From: Eledone cirrhosa
Taxonomy: Eukaryota
Assembly (NCBI GenBank): GCA_964016885.1
Contig: OZ024757.1
Location: forward strand, 43,524,001 to 43,588,000
DNA: 64,000 nt
Reading direction: 5' to 3'
Below are positions 43,401-57,240 of this stretch, piece by piece. A program made the translations under genes and the position numbers. Position 1 is the first letter of the stretch. Each line of letters opens with the position of its first letter. The notes below the pieces were generated by a model. It was given only the letters and a program-made list of their open reading frames with translations, was not told where the DNA came from and searched no databases.

Positions 43401-43789
43401 AACATATAATTATATAAACATGTATAAATATACACACATAAATTTGTATATAACGCACGCACTCACATACCTACAGGTAAATACACATATGTTCGCAGAC
43501 ATACGTCAACCAAAACACAAAGTACACATATACACACACCTTACATACGTGCCAACACGCATACACATACAAACACAAAATACGCATATACACATAACCA
43601 TATACACATGTACCAGTATATATAATATGATATATACACCTATAACAAATACAAGCAAATATACGTACGAGAAAGTATACGTACCTTCACAAAACATACG
43701 GGTAAGGTATACTTACCTATACAAATAAGTAATGGTATAAACATAAAATATACTTAGCTACCACATCTAGACGTAAATAATCCGCGTAT

Positions 43790-44671
43790 TGTTCGTACTA
43801 TCCATTAGGGTATAATGTGGGGCTGTAATACAGAAAAGTTTTATGCAATTTATGTTTACCAGCCGAAATTGCCTCCGATATTTTGTTCAAGATGTGGTCA
43901 TTGGCGTAGAGTATTTCCAGGGCTTCAGCGGCGTAAAGATCGCATGGTCTTTTATTTCCGTTATGCGATCTAGCCTTAGCTAGGATCTCCCAGTGTAACC
44001 TATATTGGGTGTGGTTGTCTTTTAGACTCCAGATATAAGCTGAAAGTGACGTCATATTCCTTCTTAAAGGATTAAGAAAAGAATGGTTCTGCTTGCATCT
44101 ATTGGCGGTTAACCCTATGTAGGCCCTACAGGACATGGGTGTTTCGACCTTACATTTGTAGACAATGTTACTGTAGAGGCATTTCCCGGATAAGGGGCAG
44201 TCAACCCGATTCCTACAATTACAGTTAGTACTAGCTACCGGTTTGCATGTGTTCCTACGGCTATGTAATTTAGCTAAATTTGAAGCTGTGATGTTATGTG
44301 CAAGGTTAGGAGTCGTAGAGATATTTTAATGGTATTTCTATTACAAATGTTATTATATTTATGTGCTGAGGGGAAATGCTTCTTAATAAGGGAGAGAAAG
44401 ATCTTAGCTAATGGTGTGGCCACCTCCATATTATATGGTGGGTTATACCATACAATGCGTCAGGATCTATTTTTCCTTGGTCTATGTTCATACTTAGTAT
44501 ATGCTACCTTATCGACAAATCCACTCCGAGCAAGAGCTTCATTGTAATATGTGGAATGGTCGGTGAAAATATGCTTGTTTGTAGTTACAAAAAAGAATTT
44601 CATACCTATACAGTGATCTGTTGAGCAAATTGTAAGCAATGAGATCGAAATCATTGGATATCGATCTAAGC

Positions 44672-44675
<4 letters not shown>
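43790..44675 (-). mobile_element. Second Naiad-type Penelope-like fragment (RT thumb plus GIY-YIG), decayed
   Basis: YYNEALARSG, WYNPPY, CNCRNRVDCPLSGKCL, IVY..YIG, LSAYIWSLK, ILNKISE. Confidence 0.85.
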
Positions 44676-44709
<34 letters not shown>

Positions 44710-44712
<3 letters not shown>

Positions 44713-45642
44713 ACAGCAGTTGGAAGCAAGAGGACTGAGAGTAAATCTAGCTAAGACAAAAGTGTTGATGAGTAGAAAAGAGGACAAAACCCTGATTCCG
44801 TCAGGGAAATGGCCATGTTCGATATGCAGAAAAGGAACTGGCATAAATTCTATAAAATGCACACAATGCAGGTCCTGGGTACACAAGAGATGTAGCGGGA
44901 TAGCAGGCAAACTAACAGGTAGGGAGAAATATGTATGCAGTAGATGTACAGGGAAATTAGACAGTAGAAGTCGCACTGATAGACACATTTTTCAAATGCG
45001 AGAGGGCGCTATAGAAATGGTGGATAGCTTCCGGTACCTAGGAGATCAGATTAGCATGGGAGGAGGGTGTTCCGAGGCCATAGTATCTAGAATAAGGACA
45101 GGTTGGAAGAAGTTTAGGGAGCTGCTTCCTCTGTTGACGAAGAAGGGTTTCTCCCTGCATATGAAAGGCCGGTTGTATGATGCCTGTGTGAGGAGCGCGA
45201 TGCTGCATGGTTGTGAGACATGGGCAGCAACCGCAGAGGATATGCGACGGCTGGAGAGAAATGAGGCAAGCATGCTCCGTTGGATGTGCAGTGTAAATGT
45301 GCGTGAACGACCCAGCATAAATGTGTTGAGAGAGAAACTGTGTCTGAGAGGGATAGAATGTAGTGTACGGGAGAGGAGACTGAGGTGGTATGGACATGTG
45401 ATGCGCATGGAGGATGACCGATGGGTGAAGAAGTGCCAGGAAATGCCAGTTGAAGGAAGACGTGGTAGAGGAAGACCACGAAAAACATGGGCGGAGGTGG
45501 TGAGAACAGACCTCAGATCATTGAAGCTCACGGTGGAGATGACGAGGGACCGTGACGAGTGGAGAGATGCTGTGCTGAATAAGACCCGTCCCACCCTTGC
45601 AAGCAGGGAAAAGCGGACGTAAAATGATGATGATGATGATGA
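44710..45642 (+). mobile_element. RTE LINE family A, 3' 0.9 kb, uninterrupted ORF, flanked by (TA)n
   Basis: ORF 44720-45622 followed by (GAT)n. Confidence 0.95.
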
Positions 45643-45658
45643 TATATATATATATATA

Positions 45659-46905
45659 GGAAGCACGGCCTAGAGTCAAAAGGACTTAAAATTAACCTGG
45701 CTAAGACTAAAGTTCTAGTTTGTAGGAAAGAAAACAAGGCGGCGGTCCCTTCTGGGAAATGGTCGTGCTCGGTGTGTAGGAAAGGCGTAGGTAGAAACTC
45801 CATTTTATGTCCTAAATGCAAAGTATGGGTGCATAAAAGATGTAGTGGGATCACAGGTAAGCTAACTAAGAACATAGATTTTACATGTGGCCGGTGCTCT
45901 GGTGCAATAAGTAGCAGCAAGTGCCCACAAAATACTAGCTCTTTCAATTGCGCAGAGGGTTCTATAGAAATAGTGGACAGCTTCAGTTACCTGGGCGATA
46001 AAATCAGCAGTGGGGGAGGGTGCTCTGAAAGTACAGTAGCTAGAGTCAGAACTGGTTGGAAAAAGTTCAGAGAGCTTATACCACTATTAGCTGCTAAAGG
46101 GTTCTCCCTAAAAATGAAAGGCAGGTTGTACGATGCCTGCATACGAACAGCAATGTTGCATGGCAGTGAGACCTGGGCATTGTGTGCAGAGGATATACGC
46201 AGACTAGAGAGGAACGAAGCTTGCATGCTCCGCTGGATGTGTAACAGTAATATACGTGAACGGCAAAGCATAAACGAACTAAGGAAAAAATTAGAGATAG
46301 AGATCTACGTTGGTATGGACACGTGATGCGCATGAAAGTCGATAGCTGTATAACAAAGTGCAGGGCAATAAAGATAGATGGTAGCCACGGAATAGGCAGA
46401 CCTAGAAAAACCTGGGACGAGCTGATAAACTCCGACCTCACACACTTACACCTCTCCAAGACAATGTCACTGGACCGAGACCTTTGCCGGTACTCAGTAA
46501 CAGAGAAGACCCGCCTTACCTAAATACATAGTAAAACCTACTACAGCCAGTAGGCATCTCTAACAAAAATACACCCCCGTCCCACCACCCACACCACCCC
46601 CTCCTATGTAAAGTTATGTTGGTGCCACAACATCCAGGCCGAAACAAATGAGATCGTGTAGGTGTCACGACAAAAAAACACACAGTCCACGCTGTAATGT
46701 GGCCGTGTAGGCAACACGGTAAAAACCTCCCAGACCCACACTGTAAATGTGGTTGGTGTTAGGAAGGGCATCCAACTGTAGAAAACCTGCCAGACAGTCC
46801 TATGCGAGCAAGACAATCACTCTTGCCTCAAGTGGGACTACCCCCGTCCAAACCCATGCAAGCGTGGAACACGGACGTTAAACGTTGATGATGATGATGA
46901 TGATG
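45659..46905 (+). mobile_element. RTE LINE family B, 3' 1.25 kb
   Basis: PHD segment, AMLHGSETW, 3' UTR, (GAT)n. Confidence 0.93.
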
Positions 46906-47204
46906 ACTTGGGGAGGGTCATATTTGTGTAATAATATTGCCAGAATTAATAACAGAACACACTCACTGTTTGGTTGGTTTTCGCTTCTGTGTCTTTTATA
47001 TCGGTTAATTTAATTTATTCGGTCCTCAATGTTACCATTGACTGACCAACGGTCAAAAATACAGATACAATATAGACAGAAACACATATATATAGTCTAA
47101 CAAAGTTCTTTCGTTGCCCATCTGTAACATCGTCAGTGGTGCTATTATGTTTCCTCCTGTTGTATTGTTTATATATATGTTGTATTGTATATATATATAT
47201 ATAT

Positions 47205-48735
47205 GATGATGATGATGATATATATATCATTATCATCATCATTTTACGTCTGCTTTTCCCTGCTTGCAAGGGTGGGACGGGGCCTATTCAGCACACCATC
47301 TCTTCACTTGTCACGGTCCTTCGTTATCTCCACCGTGAGCTTCAGCGATCTGACGTCTGTTCTCACCACCTCCGCTCATGTTTTTCCTGGTCTTCCTCTA
47401 CTACGTCTTCCTTCAACTGGCATTTCTTGGCACTTCTTCACCCATCGGTTATCCTCCATGCGCATCACATGTCCATACCATCGCAGTCTCCTCACTCGCA
47501 CACTGCAATTTATCCCTCTCAGACATAGTTTCTCTCTCAATACATCCATGCTCGGCCATTCACGCACATTGACATTGCACATCCAACAGAGCATGCTTGA
47601 CTCATTTTTCTCCAGCCATCACATATCCTCTGCAGTTGCTGCTCATGTCTCACTAGCATGCAGCATCGCGCTCCTCACACAGGCATCATATAACCGGCCT
47701 TTCGTATGCAGGAAGAAACCCTTCTTCATCAGCAGAGGAAGCAGCTCCCTAACTTCTTCCAACCCGTCCTTATTCTAGATACTATGGCCTCGGAAAACCC
47801 CCCTCCCATGCTAATCTGATTACCTAGGTACCGGACGCTATCAACCACTTCTATAGCAACCGCCTGCATTTGAAAAATGTGTCTATCAATGCGACTTCTA
47901 CTATCAAATTTCCCTGTACATCTACTGCATACGTATTTTTCCCTACCTGTTAGTTTGCCTGCTATCCCACAACTCTTGTGTACTCAAGATCTGCATTGTG
48001 TAATTTATGCCAGTTCCTTTTCTGCAAATTGAACATGGCCATTTCCCTGACGGAATCAGAATTTTGTCCTCTTTTCTACTCATCAACACTTTTGCCTTAG
48101 CTATGTTCACTCTCAGACCTCTTGCTTCCAACTGCTGTTTCCATAGCCAGAATTTATTCTCTAGCTCCTCTATTGATTCTGCTATAAGAACCAGATCGTC
48201 AGCATAGAGAAGTTCCCATGGACAGCCAGTCTTAAACTCCTCTGTTATGGCTTGGAGGACTATAACGATCAAGAGCAGGCTGAGGACCAAACCCTGATGT
48301 ACTCCTACTTGTATCTGGAATTCCTCACTAAACACCATTCCTACCCTGACTTTACTGAGAGTACTTCTGTACAAAGTTTGCACTGTCCTCACAAGCCATT
48401 CCTTAACACCTAGTTTCCTTAGGGACCACCAGATGACAGATCGGAGTACGCTATCAAGGCCTTCTCTAGGTCAACAAAAGCTAAGTATAGTGGCTTATTC
48501 TTCTCTAAGAACCTCTCTTGTAATTGTCTCACCAAGAAGAGGGCATCTGTTGTACTTTTCCCAGGCACAAAACCAAACTTCATCTCATCTAGTTTGACCC
48601 TTTCTCTAATTAGTTGTGCTAATATCCTTTCTGCCACTTTCATAACCTGATCCATCAGTTTTATACCCCTATAATTGCTGCTCTCCAGAGCATCCCTTTA
48701 CCTTTGTAGTAATTTATGAGAATACTGCTGCACCA
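47205..48735 (-). mobile_element. RTE LINE family A, 5'-truncated and decayed; partial duplicate at 50910-51843
   Basis: RT motifs in ORFs 47943-48392 and 48419-48655. Confidence 0.92.
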
Positions 48736-48903
48736 GCTTGATCCAAACAGTTCGGATCTAGCTGTCGAAAAGGCCGGAACCCAGCCGTTGGGGTCCTGAC
48801 TCTTTTCCTATTCTACTACTCTAAGTATTGAGTACTCTGGTACGTTATGGTCCAACTGGTATCTTACCACATCCTCTTTGTTATATATAGATTTTATATA
48901 TAG

Positions 48904-48952
<49 letters not shown>

Positions 48953-49094
48953 TGACAAGTAAGTGTGTTTGGAAACAGTGAGCGAGTTTGAAATTAGAAA
49001 TAGAAGCTTTCGCCGTATTTTTTTTACTAAAGAAATTTTAGTCTGATAGTGGAGTTTAGAACTTTCTAAGAAATGGAAAAAGATGAGTATTGAC

Positions 49095-49151
<57 letters not shown>

Positions 49152-52100
49152 ACCACCACACACCTAAAACACTCTGGCAGTCTCAGCAATGTATGTAGTT
49201 TTAGTTTCTATATATGTGGTTTTAGAGGTTTGGTGGTGGGATTAGTTTATCCCTTGCTTTAACAACCCAAGTTTTCTCAAGTTACATCCTACCATCTTAA
49301 ACATGGAAGGACACATTGGATAACATAGTTTTAGTTATAGAAAGTGAAGGCACATGGCTTAGTGGTTATGTCCTTGAACAAGACACTTTATTTCCTATTA
49401 CTATTTCTGCCAAGAGATAGTATCAACAATGGAAAGATCAAGACCAATGGAAACATTGTTTTATTGGTCCAATTTGACAAGCTGCACCCCCACTCAGTAA
49501 GGGAATGAGGTCTGGGGGGATCTTGTCGACCGATTACTCCTATTTTTTAGAAAACAACTTTTGAAACGTGAATGTTTCTCATGTGTTTGGCTGAGATAAT
49601 GTTGAGACTGTGAGATTTTACTGCAACTTCCCCATTTAAAGTTTATTTAAAAAAGCAGAAAAGTTGGTTTTCTTCTATTGTGTTTAAAACAAAACATTGA
49701 AGAGAATTGTCAAGAATCTTATCTAACATTGCTGAATATATTTCTAGAATTTCACATGAATTACTTTATAATATAATGCAACTGCACATCTCTCTCATTC
49801 CCCACCTATTACTTCCCCATACTGTAACCTTGTAGAGCAACCAATGCATGCATCATACTGTAACCTTGTAGAGCAACCAATGCATGCATCATACTGTAAC
49901 CTTGCAGAGCAACCAATGCATGCATCATACTGTAACCTTGTAGAGCAACCAATGCATGCATCATACTGCAACCTTGCAGAGCAACAGTAACTATACAAGA
50001 CTGCCACCTTGCACGTAAACACCACTTGTAACATATATGGAGTTAAGCTGGATATAGGTCTATATATGTATGTGTATATGTGTGTATACGTATATTTGTA
50101 TATTTATGTATGAATCTATATGTGTATAAGTATATTTGTGCGTGTATATGGGTATGTGTGTGTGGATATGTGTCTGTGCATATTTGTATGTGTGTATTCC
50201 AGTTTTTAGAATAGGTACACCCTATCACTGGATGTAGGAGGCACCATGGAGGACATCTGGTGGTAAACATTGTTTTAAAACAGCCTGTCTAACCACTGCC
50301 AGCCTAGTAAACATTCTCTCTCTCTTTCTTTCTAGCTCTACCTCTCTCTAGCTCCCTCTTTCACCCCCTACCTCTAACTTCCCCACACTGCAACCTTCTA
50401 CAACAACCAATGCATTCATTGTACTGCAACCTTGCATGTAAACATATATATCATCATCATCATTGTGACTACAGTCAAACATTCCTCACAAAATCTGTCC
50501 ATAATTCACCATTTTCCATTCCTCCTGGGACCTGCTCCTTACTGAGGTTTGTATCGTTTGAGAGTTGATCGATGAAAGTTCAAGCAGGTCTTCTACTGCA
50601 CCATCATCATCATTATCACTGTTTAACATCCATTTTTCCATGATAGCATGGGTTAGACGGGTTGTCCCGTTATGAGACAAGCCAGATCAGGTGACCATGT
50701 CTTACTCATACAGAACTGTTTCTGGTTTGGTTTCAATGGCTGGATGCCCTTCCTAATGCCAACCACATATACAGTGTAGATTGAGTACTTTTTATCATGG
50801 TACCAAGACGACCACTTTACAGAGTGGACTGGGTGCTCTTTCATTAGCATGAGCACCTTAAATCCTTACAACAACCTCACAACACCCTCACAACACCTTC
50901 GCAACAACCTCCCCATGCTAATCTGATTACCTAGGTACCGGACGCTATCAACCACTTCTATAGCAACCGCCTGCATTTGAAAAATGTGTCTATCAATGCG
51001 ACTTCTACTATCAAATTTCCCTGTACATCTACTGCATACGTATTTTTCCCTACCTGTTAGTTTGCCTGCTATCCCACAACTCTTGTGTACTCAAGATCTG
51101 CATTGTGTAATTTATGCCAGTTCCTTTTCTGCAAATTGAACATGGCCATTTCCCTGACGGAATCAGAATTTTGTCCTCTTTTCTACTCATCAACACTTTT
51201 GTCTTAGCTATGTTCACTCTCAGTCCTCTTGCTTCCAACTGCTGTTTCCATAGCCAGAATTTATTCTCTAGCTCCTCTATTGATTCTGCTATAAGAACCG
51301 GATCGTCAGCATAGAGAAGTTCCCATGGACAGCCAGTCTTAAACTCCTCTGTTATGGCTTGGAGGACTATAACGATCAAGAGCGGGCTGAGGACCAAACC
51401 CTGATGTACTCCTACTTGTATCTGGAATTCCTCACTAAACACCATTCCTACCCTGACTTTACTGAGAGTACTTCTGTACAAAGTTTGCACTGTCCTCACA
51501 AGCCATTCCTTAACACCTAGTTTCCTTAGGGACCACCAGATGACAGATCGGAGTACGCTATCAAGGCCTTCTCTAGGTCAACAAAAGCTAAGTATAGTGG
51601 CTTATTCTTCTCTAAGAACCTCTCTTGTAATTGTCTCACCAAGAAGAGGGCATCTGTTGTACTTTTCCCAGGCACAAAACCAAACTTCATCTCATCTAGT
51701 TTGACCCTTTCTCTAATTAGTTGTGCTAATATCCTTTCTGCCACTTTCATAACCTGATCCATCAGTTTTATACCCCTATAATTGCTGCTCTCCAGAGCAT
51801 CCCTTTACCTTTGTAGTAATTTATGAGAATACTGCTGCACCAGCTTGATCCAAACAGTTCGGATCTAGCTGTCGAAAAGGCCGGAACCCAGCCGTTGGGG
51901 TCCTGACTCTTTTCCTATTCTACTACCCTAAGTATTGAGTACTCTGGTACGTTATGGTCCAACTGGTATCTTACCACATCCTCTTTGTTATATATAGATT
52001 TTATATATATATGACAAGTAAGTGTGTTTGGAAACAGTGAGCGAGTTTGAAATTAGAAATAGAAGCTTTCGCCGTATTTTTTTACTAAAGAAATTTTAGT

Positions 52101-52152
52101 CTGATAGTGGAGTTTAGAACTTTCTAAGAAATGGAAAAAGATGAGTATTGAC

Positions 52153-52197
<45 letters not shown>

Positions 52198-53890
52198 ACC
52201 ACCACACACCTAAAACACTCTGGCAGTCTCAGCAATGTATGTAGTTTTAGTTTCTATATATGTGGTTTTAGAGGTTTGGTGGTGGGATTAGTTTATCCCT
52301 TGCTTTAACAACCCAAGTTTTCTCAAGTTACATCCTACCATCTTAAACATGGAAGGACACATTGGATAACATAGTTTTAGTTATAGAAAGTGAAGGCACA
52401 TGGCTTAGTGGTTATGTCCTTGAACAAGACACTTTATTTCCTATTACTATTTCTGCCAAGAGATAGTATCAACAATGGAAAGATCAAGACCAATGGAAAC
52501 ATTGTTTTATTGGTCCAATTTGACAAGCTGCACCCCCACTCAGTAAGGGAATGAGGTCTGGGGGGATCTTGTCGACCGATTACTCCTATTTTTTAGAAAA
52601 CAACTTTTGAAACGTGAATGTTTCTCATGTGTTTGGCTGAGATAATGTTGAGACTGTGAGATTTTACTGCAACTTCCCCATTTAAAGTTTATTTAAAAAA
52701 GCAGAAAAGTTGGTTTTCTTCTATTGTGTTTAAAACAAAACATTGAAGAGAATTGTCAAGAATCTTATCTAACATTGCTGAATATATTTCTAGAATTTCA
52801 CATGAATTACTTTATAATATAATGCAACTGCACATCTCTCTCATTCCCCACCTATTACTTCCCCATACTGTAACCTTGTAGAGCAACCAATGCATGCATC
52901 ATACTGTAACCTTGTAGAGCAACCAATGCATGCATCATACTGTAACCTTGTAGAGCAACCAATGCATGCATCATACTGTAACCTTGTAGAGCAACAGTAA
53001 CTATACAAGACTGCCACCTTGCACGTAAACACCACTTGTAACGTATATGGAGTTAAGCTGGATATAGGTCTATATATGTATGTGTATATGTGTGTATACG
53101 TATATTTGTATATTTATGTATGAATCTATATGTGTATAAGTATATTTGTGCGTGTATATGGGTATGTGTGTGTGGATATGTGTCTGTGCATATTTGTATG
53201 TGTGTATTCCAGTTTTTAGAATAGGTACACCCTATCACTGGATGTAGGAGGCACCATGGAGGACATCTGGTGGTAAACATTGTTTTAAAACAGCCTGTCT
53301 AACCACTGCCAGCCTAGTAAACATTCACTCTCTCTTTCTTTCTAGCTCTACCTCTCTCTAGCTCCCTCTTTCACCCCCTACCTCTAACTTCCCCACACTG
53401 CAACCTTCTACAACAACCAATGCATTCATTGTACTGCAACCTTGCATGTAAACATATATATCATCATCATCATTGTGACTACAGTCAAACATTCCTCACA
53501 AAATCTGTCCATAATTCACCATTTTCCATTCCTCCTGGGACCTGCTCCTTACTGAGGTTTGTATCGTTTGAGAGTTGATCGATGAAAGTTCAAGCAGGTC
53601 TTCTACTGCACCATCATCATCATTATCACTGTTTAACATCCATTTTTCCATGATAGCATGGGTTAGACGGGTTGTCCCGTTATGAGACAAGCCAGATCAG
53701 GTGACCATGTCTTACTCATACAGAACTGTTTCTGGTTTGGTTTCAATGGCTGGATGCCCTTCCTAATGCCAACCACATATACAGTGTAGATTGAGTACTT
53801 TTTATCATGGTACCAAGACGACCACTTTACAGAGTGGACTGGGTGCTCTTTCATTAGCATGAGCACCTTAAATCCTTACAACAACCTCCC
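47800..53890. repeat. ~3.0-3.1 kb direct tandem duplication (47800-50900 / 50910-53890)
   Basis: Near-identical ORF pairs offset by 3107 and 3010 bp; copies differ mainly in TA-run length and minisatellite copy number. Confidence 0.95.
49819..49985. repeat. 36-bp minisatellite, ~4.6 copies (~3.6 copies in the duplicate at ~52864-52995)
   Basis: Unit catactgtaaccttgtagagcaaccaatgcatgcat. Confidence 0.92.
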
Positions 53891-54107
53891 CACACCCTCA
53901 CAACAACCCCCACCACACCCTCATCACATCTTCACAATACCATCACATCCTCACAACAACCACACTGCATGAGTTGGTTATAGGCCTTTTCTGTAATATG
54001 AAGAACTCAATACAAGAGAGTGGAGACTGCGGAAGTATATGTGAGAACAGGTTCTGTTAAGCAAACATGGGAAATTTTTGAAGTCAAGTTTCCGGGTAAA
54101 GGAGGAA

Positions 54108-54360
54108 TCGGTCGACAAGATCCCAGACCTCATTCCCTTACTGAGTGGGGGTGCAGCTTGTCAAATTGGACCAATAAAACAATGTTTCCATGGTCTTGAT
54201 CTTTCCATTGTTGATACTATCTCTTGGCAGAAATAGTAATAGGAAATAAAGTGTCTTGCTCAAGGACATAACGTGTCACTCAGTCTGGGAATTGAACTCA
54301 CAACCTAATCATTGTTAATACAATTCTCTAACCACTAAGCCATGTGCCTTCACTTTCTAT
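54108..54360 (-). repeat. Inverted copy of the SINE head plus flank found at 49338-49532 and 52384-52579
   Basis: Reverse-complement match; this copy retains the B-box segment the two forward copies lack. Confidence 0.85.
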
Positions 54361-54381
54361 CTGGCTTCTGCTGCTATTCTT

Positions 54382-54516
54382 GTGGGAGAACATCAGAAAC
54401 AACAACAACCCATGTCTTCCGCTCCCAGTACATCTCGACACCAACAACCTGCGACTGTGTCTTCCCCTACCATTCCCGTGGAGGAACATCACCACCACCA
54501 CCACCACCACCACCAG

Positions 54517-54548
<32 letters not shown>

Positions 54549-55690
54549 GCAGCAGCAGCAACAACAACAACCGACCAGTACAGATTTTGCAGAATTGCAA
54601 CTAATGATTTCTGCTTTAAGAAGGGAAGTAACAGGAATAAAGGCAAGCATTCGGGTAGGACCCCACAATGAGGGGTCTTATCGGAATGCCTTGCTAAAGA
54701 ATCTCCCTGTACCTCTTGCCGTATCTGGGCACACTGAGAAGAGTGCGGAATCTGCTACCCATGAAGTAATTGCCATTGGGGTACCAGAGGACAAGGCTGA
54801 TCTTCAGGCATTTGCTGCCAGCTCAGACAAAGACCTAGGCTGTGTTCCCCCAAAGGGTGCTCTCCGCCTTGGTCGACCTGGTCCAAAACCCAGACTCATC
54901 AGGCTGTCTTTTTCGGACCCCGCTGAGGCAATCTCATACCATCTGGCCTTTGTTAAAGCTGGGCGTGAAAATCGGATTACCTTCCGAACACGCCCAGGCC
55001 TACCACCCCATGTACGTCCAAAGCTCCGTGCTGCAGCTTCCTTGAATCGGAACTCAGCACAACATGAAAGTTTTAGTCTGCGTGATGATGGGCACATCTG
55101 GAGGTTTGTTAAGGCTGGTGAAACGTGGAAGAGAGATACCAGCTGGTCTGAGTGTGCTCTACCCACAATAACTGGCAATGAAAAAACTGCAACAACTCTG
55201 GGAAACTAAACCAGAACAACCTGCCACCCTCTACACACCATCATAAACTGCAAGCAGGGTACAAATTGTTGTCCTTAAATGCTCGCAGTTTATGCAACAA
55301 GATACATCTGTTTGACCCCTACGTCAGAAGCATCGACACTGATTTCATCACAGTCACGGAAACATGGGCACATTCCTTACTCTGTGATGGGGTTTTCAGC
55401 ATTACTGAGTACAACCTTTACCGCAAGGACTGCATTAATCACCGTGGTGGTAGTGTGATGGTCTACGTTCGTTCAAACTTTTCAGTAATTCCTTGCGTTG
55501 ATTTGAACGAATCACAGGAAGAAGTTTTTTTCTGTGACATACGTATGACCACGTCAACACTTCTGCTTGGTGTTGTTTATCGCCCCCCCCCCCCCCACAC
55601 TACCATCAGGACACACAGCTTTGCGATATCCTCAGAGTTGCTGCCAAGAAAACAGCCACTTATGTGTTTATTGCAGGTGACTTCTACTGG
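54382..55690 (+). mobile_element. CR1/L2-type LINE 5' part: ORF1 (polyH/polyQ, coiled coil, RLG..PRLIRLSF) and the start of the ORF2 APE domain
   Basis: ORF1 open 54382-55209; ORF2 LNARSL, VTETW, YRKD..GG, VYRPP, then a frameshift in a C run. Confidence 0.85.
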
Positions 55691-56944
55691 GTGCACTGAG
55701 AGATTGTTAGTCATTAAGAAAATATGTCAAGTAATGGAATTTGATGGCATGATATATGGGAGAGGAGGATGTGATGTTGTGGACAGTATCCGGTTGAGTT
55801 TATGCTGTGGCCTCGTGTTAAACCTTGTGCTCATTTAACAAACCCCACACCTTCACCCTGTCCCGCCCCACTACATGGGAAGTGTCTAACGAAATATTAT
55901 AGATCATAGAGATTCATGTGAAAATATTTAAATATATTCTGTTGTTAATTACTGCCCATGACACATCTGTTTAGAAAAACAAACCTGCATTATAGAAATT
56001 TAAATAATAACTTCTAAATTTAGAGCAAGGCTGCAATAAAATCTCATAGCCTCGACACAGTCCCCCAATAGTTTGACAGTATTGAAATATTTCACATTCA
56101 TATTTCTAATGAGAAATTCTGTTGAATAAGCATACGGCTTAGCACGAGGCCGCCGTGTAAAAAAAAATCTATTGATTCACAGGCTTTGATGTTATTCAAC
56201 AATTTAGAGCGAGGCCATTCTATAAAAACTGTTATGCACTCATAACTGGATCCTGGGAATGGTGTTAAAATGGAAAGTATGAAAACATTTTGAAACTAAA
56301 GAGAAATGTGTATGCTACATGTGTGAGAAGAACCATGATTTATGGAAGTGATGTATGGTTGATGAATTTAGAGCAACAGAGAAAGGTGAAAAGAAAAAAA
56401 AAACAGAAATGGGAATAGTCCAGGGAAGAAGTGGAGTAGCACTGGGAGAGGAAAAGACAAACACTGAATAACAGAATATGATCGGAATAGAATCAGTGAT
56501 GAATGTTGTGAAGAGAAATGGAATGAGATTGTTTGGTCATGTGCTGTGGAAAGAAGTAGAGGAAGTGGTAGACCAAGGCAGACATAACTAAAAATGAAGA
56601 TGGAGGAAATAAAAAGGGTTGGTGTGGGGCAATGCTGATGCTGGGGAAACATAAAGAAACTAGTCGTGCCCCACCCCACCTGGATGCTTAACTCTTGCTT
56701 TAACAGGGAAAATGACCTTAACATGCTTGTTGTTATTGTTGTTGTACTTGTGACTGGTTACTGCCCACAATTTAGCACAAGGCCAGTCTATAAACAAGGC
56801 TACACACCCACAGCCCAATACTGTCTGAAAACTAGCATAGAGCAAATTAACAGAGTGTTTAGGGCATCACATTAGAATATTTGTTCTGGATCCCTGCAGT
56901 CCGAAGTCAATTTTGACTTTAATCTTTTCAGGATTGGTAAATAA

Positions 56945-57240
56945 ATCATCATCATCGTTTAATGTCTGCTTCCCCTGCTAGGAAGGGTTTGACGAGTCTA
57001 CATAGACCACGACAGTAATGAAGTGGGGGCTACTGACCTCCCAGGTAGGCTGTGAAGGGCGTCTGCATCTCGCTTACGTACAATCTTCCACTCTATAGAG
57101 TGCACAGGGGAGGTTGTCACGTCTTTGACACAACTGAAGGGTCCTCCCAGCCCTTTGTATGGCAGCTTTCTATAGCTGGATGCCCTTCCTATCACCAACC
57201 AATTTACAGCATGTACTGGGTGCATTTATCATATAGATCA
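56945..57240 (-). mobile_element. SINE/RTE-tail fragment; similar pieces at 50600-50850, 53610-53860 and 63790-64000
   Basis: aggaagggcatccagct core and RTE-like (GAT)n tail. Confidence 0.65.

Noticed and set aside
54382-55209. Host polyQ transcription factor
   Set aside because: Directly followed by an APE endonuclease frame and has LINE ORF1 motifs
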